Assembly: GCA_018716885.1 (NCBI GenBank)
Contig: DVJI01000012.1
Span: forward strand, 175,065-239,064
From: Candidatus Enterousia intestinigallinarum
GTDB taxonomy: Bacteria; Pseudomonadota; Alphaproteobacteria; Rs-D84
Reading direction: 5' to 3'
Length of the DNA: 64,000 bases
The notes below the pieces were generated by a model. That model worked only from the letters and a program-made list of their open reading frames with translations, was not told the origin of the DNA and made no database searches. A program made the position numbers and the translations under genes. Below are positions 60,711-64,000 of the stretch, in pieces; position 1 is the first letter of the stretch; the number at the start of each line of letters is the position of its first letter.

Positions 60711-61595
60711 CAGTTTTGTACGGCATTTATTTCGGGATTATTGATTACATCAACCAGTATTGCGACCCCCGGTGTTACAGATGCTGGCCAGTATAGTAAT
60801 ACCTGCGAACAGCAAACTTGCGATGTTATTACCCATCCACAACAAGATACTTCGGGTACCCTACCCGCAAGTATCGTCGAATGTGCAACCGGGACAGATC
60901 TTTGCTATTCATCCGGTTATATGGGGAATTTAAGTGGCCACAGAAAAACATCTTGTACCAGTTGTCCATCTGGCTATGAGTTAAAAGAAGTATCTGGCGT
61001 ATCAACAAAGCAACGTGATTGTCGCGTAACATATAATATATGCGTTGCCGAACCAGAAGATCCATTGGAAAACTGTCCATCAAATTGCAAATATGCAACC
61101 TGGACCACCGACACCAGCCAGGTCGGTCGTCAAAAACGCTGCAATACAACAAATGGCAAGTGTGAATACAGATGCATTCCGAATTTTTATGATGCGTCCG
61201 CACTTACTGGTGGAACATATTGCCGCCCGTGTCCAGATAATGTGCTGGCCGAAGCTTGTTCAGGATATGATGTAGAATACGGTACATTATGCTGTGAACG
61301 TGGGTATTATATGCAGACCGAAGAAAAATCTACATCATCTGGCGGCATTATAATAGGTACAAGATATTATGACGTTACTTGCCCGCGTTGTCCGTCGTTG
61401 GGCGGAGTGTACGGAACGACACCGATAAATACGTGTGTAAGCTCTGTTACTGCCTGTTATATACCGGCAAACACGTCGATTCGTGACACAGTCGGCACAT
61501 ATCAGTTCACCAGCAACTGTAGATATACCACAACCGGAACAAGCACAGGTACCATAACACCAGTTCAACCAGGTACAGTTGTCGGAACAAATTAG
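60711..61595 (+). CDS. Cys-rich secreted protein body; completed by inversion of cassette 60625-60710 (ORF-track TTG start at 60693 has no RBS)
   Basis: Begins QFCTAFISGLLITSTSIA (h/c region); C-terminal ACYIPAN...DTVGTY....CRY. Confidence 0.8.
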   Translation, partial: QFCTAFISGLLITSTSIATPGVTDAGQYSNTCEQQTCDVITHPQQDTSGTLPASIVECATGTDLCYSSGYMGNLSGHRKTSCTSCPSGYELKEVSGVSTKQRDCRVTYNICVAEPEDPLENCPSNCKYATWTTDTSQVGRQKRCNTTNGKCEYRCIPNFYDASALTGGTYCRPCPDNVLAEACSGYDVEYGTLCCERGYYMQTEEKSTSSGGIIIGTRYYDVTCPRCPSLGGVYGTTPINTCVSSVTACYIPANTSIRDTVGTYQFTSNCRYTTTGTSTGTITPVQPGTVVGTN

Positions 61596-61664
61596 TAAAT
61601 ATGGAGCATTTCCCTTTACCGGGCTGGTATAGAAAAACTACTCTCTACTTATACCATCCCGACC

Positions 61665-61825
61665 CCACAAAAAAAACACCCCGATATTGCGGGGTGTTTT
61701 ATTTCTGGTGACAAATCACCCACAAAATTTTCAATTTTGCGGGGCCTGATTACTGGTCGGCCTCTTTCTCGTCCGACCTGGGCCACAAAAACACCCCGAC
61801 GTTGCGGGGTGTTTTATTTCTGGTG
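61665..61825. repeat. direct repeat of tRNA 3' tip + terminator (61665-61710 and 61783-61825)
   Basis: CCAC-A(n)-CACCCCGA..TTGCGGGGTGTTTTATTTCTGGTG occurs twice. Confidence 0.8.
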
Positions 61826-61905
61826 GCCCTGGTCGGACTCGAACCGACACTCCTTGCAGAACTTGATTTTGAGTCAAGCGCGTCTACCAATTCCGCCACG
61901 GGGCC
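61821..61905 (-). tRNA. tRNA-Leu(CAA)
   Basis: GGCCCCGTGGCGGAATTGGTAGACGC, CTTGA-CT-CAA-AA-TCAAG, GGTTCGAGTCC, CCA end. Confidence 0.95.
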
Positions 61906-61926
61906 AAAGGGCGAACCCACGACAAA

Positions 61927-62301
61927 TTATTTTGCCGCGGCTTTGCGTGCCTCAACCTTTTTTACCAGACGGGCACTGCGATTTGCCTTGTGCACCGGCT
62001 TTTTTGCTGGTTTTTCGGCCGCACCGATTTTCTTGTTTATCGCCTTTTTAATCGCCGCCATTTCCGGGGTCAGACGGGACGGGGACTTTGACATAACATA
62101 CGCGTCCAATCCGCCGTGCTTGGTCAATGTACGCAAACCCGCCGTAGAAATACGCAGTGAAAAATCGCGATTCAAGATATCGCTGTGAAACTTTAATTTT
62201 TGCAAATTTGGCAAGAAAGTACGCTTTGTATGGCGCATAGAGTGGGAAACGTTCATCCCAACCTGTGTTTTCTTACCTGTAACTTTACATACGCGTGGCA
62301 T
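61927..62301 (-). CDS. rpmB: 50S ribosomal protein L28 with Lys/Ala-rich C-terminal extension
   Basis: MPRVCKVTGK...GMNVSHS...TKRTFLPNL, LRT..KHGGLD. Confidence 0.95.
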   Translation of the reverse strand: MPRVCKVTGKKTQVGMNVSHSMRHTKRTFLPNLQKLKFHSDILNRDFSLRISTAGLRTLTKHGGLDAYVMSKSPSRLTPEMAAIKKAINKKIGAAEKPAKKPVHKANRSARLVKKVEARKAAAK

Positions 62302-62373
62302 ATTATAATCCTTTTAACTCGGCATAATTTATACTAAAATTCCGCAAAAGTCAAGCAATGTTTTCATCTTTTA

Positions 62374-63813
62374 TCACACATTGATGTGTGGCGCACTCAA
62401 CAGGTCGGCCACAACCTTTACCGGGGTAAATGTTGTGGGCGGAACTTCTATAAATACCGTGTTCCATCCGGCCATTGCGCCGTTCCATAATCCAGGACGT
62501 TCCATTGCACGCAATGGGCGGCCACCCGCGGACTTTTCCGATATGAATCCGGTATTTTCATCAACAAACTGTATTAAATCAATATGTCGTCCCGACGCAT
62601 CACGCGTTGCACAAACTAAATCCACCGGGTTAAAGTATTGCGACGTATTCATTATATCGCGTGCGTCTGGTGCAATTTGTGCCGATTCCACAATTTGCAG
62701 CGATACCGTCCCGTCCGCCGCCCGCACCCAGAACGGCCCGCCACCCGGTGCACCGGTATTGCGCACAACACCACACACACGCAGTGGTCGGCCTAAAATC
62801 CGATTGCAATCCGCACGGGTTGCGTCACGTGACAAACGCACCCCCAGGTTGTCGTTTATAAACCGTATAACATCGCCCAACGGCGCAGTTGTGTTATTCA
62901 GATAATCAAATATTTTCGACTGCAGCATAACCAAATATCCGGCCAGCGCAGATTTATATTCAATCGTATCACCACGGTGTGACGCCACACATACATTGTC
63001 TATGTTTTTTATAAATATCAGGTCGGCGTCTATTTCGTTCAGATTTTCTATCAGCGCGCCGTGTCCCGCGGGCCGGAACAGCAGTCGGCCGTCCGCGTCA
63101 CGAAACGGCGTATTATCAGGATTTACCGCAATGGTATCCGTCGAACTTTTCTGATATGACAATTCTATATTATATTGTACGCCATACCTTGCGGAATATT
63201 CCGGAACCAGGCGGAGCAACAATTCTTCAAACCCGGCGCGATGTTCCGGCGAAACGGTAAAGTGTATATTTACCCCATCCGCACCACGCGCGTATTCGGC
63301 GCCTTCGTCCAAATGTTCCGCCAACGCCGTGCGCGCACCGTCTGCATAGTGATGAAATTTTATCAGTGCCTTTGGCATATGGCCGTAATTCAATCCGGCG
63401 TCCGTAACAATGCGTTCTATGATATCTGTGTCGGTCGGCGTATCTGGTAAAATTTTTTTCAAATCGGCATAAAACGCAAAACGGGATAAATTGTTTAGCA
63501 CAGCATCTGTCACCGTATTTCGCGCACCGGTATTCAAAAATTCAAACAGGTCACGAAACATACGCGTTGCCGCACCAGATGCTGGCACAAATTTCACCAC
63601 ACTGTGCGTACGTCGATATTGTTCATAGATATCAATATAATGACGGCGCATTTCCGCGTCTAATTGTATAACGCCGTCACCGTCCGTGGCGGGTGCGACA
63701 ATATCTGAAAACGCAAATCCGCGCGCAAACGCGTCCAGTTGCGCCGCCACCGCATCTGGTGTCAAACCGTGTTGTTCTATTTGTAAAATATCATCATTTG
63801 AAAATTCAATCAT
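62374..63813 (-). CDS. DUF4301 family protein
   Basis: KFVPASGAATRMF, HFTVSPEH, FRPAGHGALIENLN, FIKNIDNV, PGGGPFW, PGLWNGAM. Confidence 0.9.
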   Translation of the reverse strand: MIEFSNDDILQIEQHGLTPDAVAAQLDAFARGFAFSDIVAPATDGDGVIQLDAEMRRHYIDIYEQYRRTHSVVKFVPASGAATRMFRDLFEFLNTGARNTVTDAVLNNLSRFAFYADLKKILPDTPTDTDIIERIVTDAGLNYGHMPKALIKFHHYADGARTALAEHLDEGAEYARGADGVNIHFTVSPEHRAGFEELLLRLVPEYSARYGVQYNIELSYQKSSTDTIAVNPDNTPFRDADGRLLFRPAGHGALIENLNEIDADLIFIKNIDNVCVASHRGDTIEYKSALAGYLVMLQSKIFDYLNNTTAPLGDVIRFINDNLGVRLSRDATRADCNRILGRPLRVCGVVRNTGAPGGGPFWVRAADGTVSLQIVESAQIAPDARDIMNTSQYFNPVDLVCATRDASGRHIDLIQFVDENTGFISEKSAGGRPLRAMERPGLWNGAMAGWNTVFIEVPPTTFTPVKVVADLLSAPHINV

Positions 63814-63947
63814 TGTGCCCTGCCCCCTGTTGTTATAGTCCAGGATAATATAAAAAAGAACGTCGGGAAAGTTTTATTTCCTGTATCTTGAAAACCCGAA
63901 AAATGCTATTATATATACTGAAAAATAAGCAAGGAGACATAAATACA

Positions 63948-64000
63948 ATGAATCCAGAAGAAATGCAGGAAACGCCTGAACAGGCGATTGCAAAATATAC
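63948..64000 (+). CDS. start of a CDS running off the window (MNPEEMQETPEQAIAKY...)
   Basis: AAGGAG RBS and open frame to the window end. Confidence 0.5.
   Translation, partial: MNPEEMQETPEQAIAKY

Overview
Chromosomal window of a small-genome, probably anaerobic, host-associated Alphaproteobacterium. This is inferred from the rho, ssb, eno, rpsB-tsf, tyrS, polA, pth, rpmB, lptC/lptB, bamE, CarD-like and nifJ gene set; the gut Rs-D84/Enterousia-like lineage is a guess. Housekeeping genes are interspersed with about ten secreted Cys-rich proteins, most sharing a C-terminal CY..P...D..G.[YF]...C.Y motif. Main discovery: three of these genes (1521-2408, 4981-5586, 60711-61595) lack their own RBS and start. 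Each sits behind an identical-length 86-bp cassette (2409-2494, 5587-5672, 60625-60710) that carries a Shine-Dalgarno, ATG and the first 17 codons of a signal peptide on the WRONG strand. Flipping the cassette at its terminal AC/GT dinucleotides fuses MQKSGIFTKIKTPI[L/F]IG in frame to the rest of the signal peptide in all three cases. A stand-alone Mpi-family serine invertase (37993-38628) is the candidate trans-acting switch enzyme. This points to a dispersed phase-variation system that inverts the translation start/signal peptide rather than the promoter. Three other Cys-rich loci carry a second repeated control element, a c4/CI-like antisense-attenuator leader with compensatory base changes. 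Also present: a rare tRNA-Leu(AAG), a spanin-like gene pair, a degenerate Fic + kinase pair, a MerR-type promoter and REP/RPE-like palindromes. All inversion activity is inferred from sequence only.
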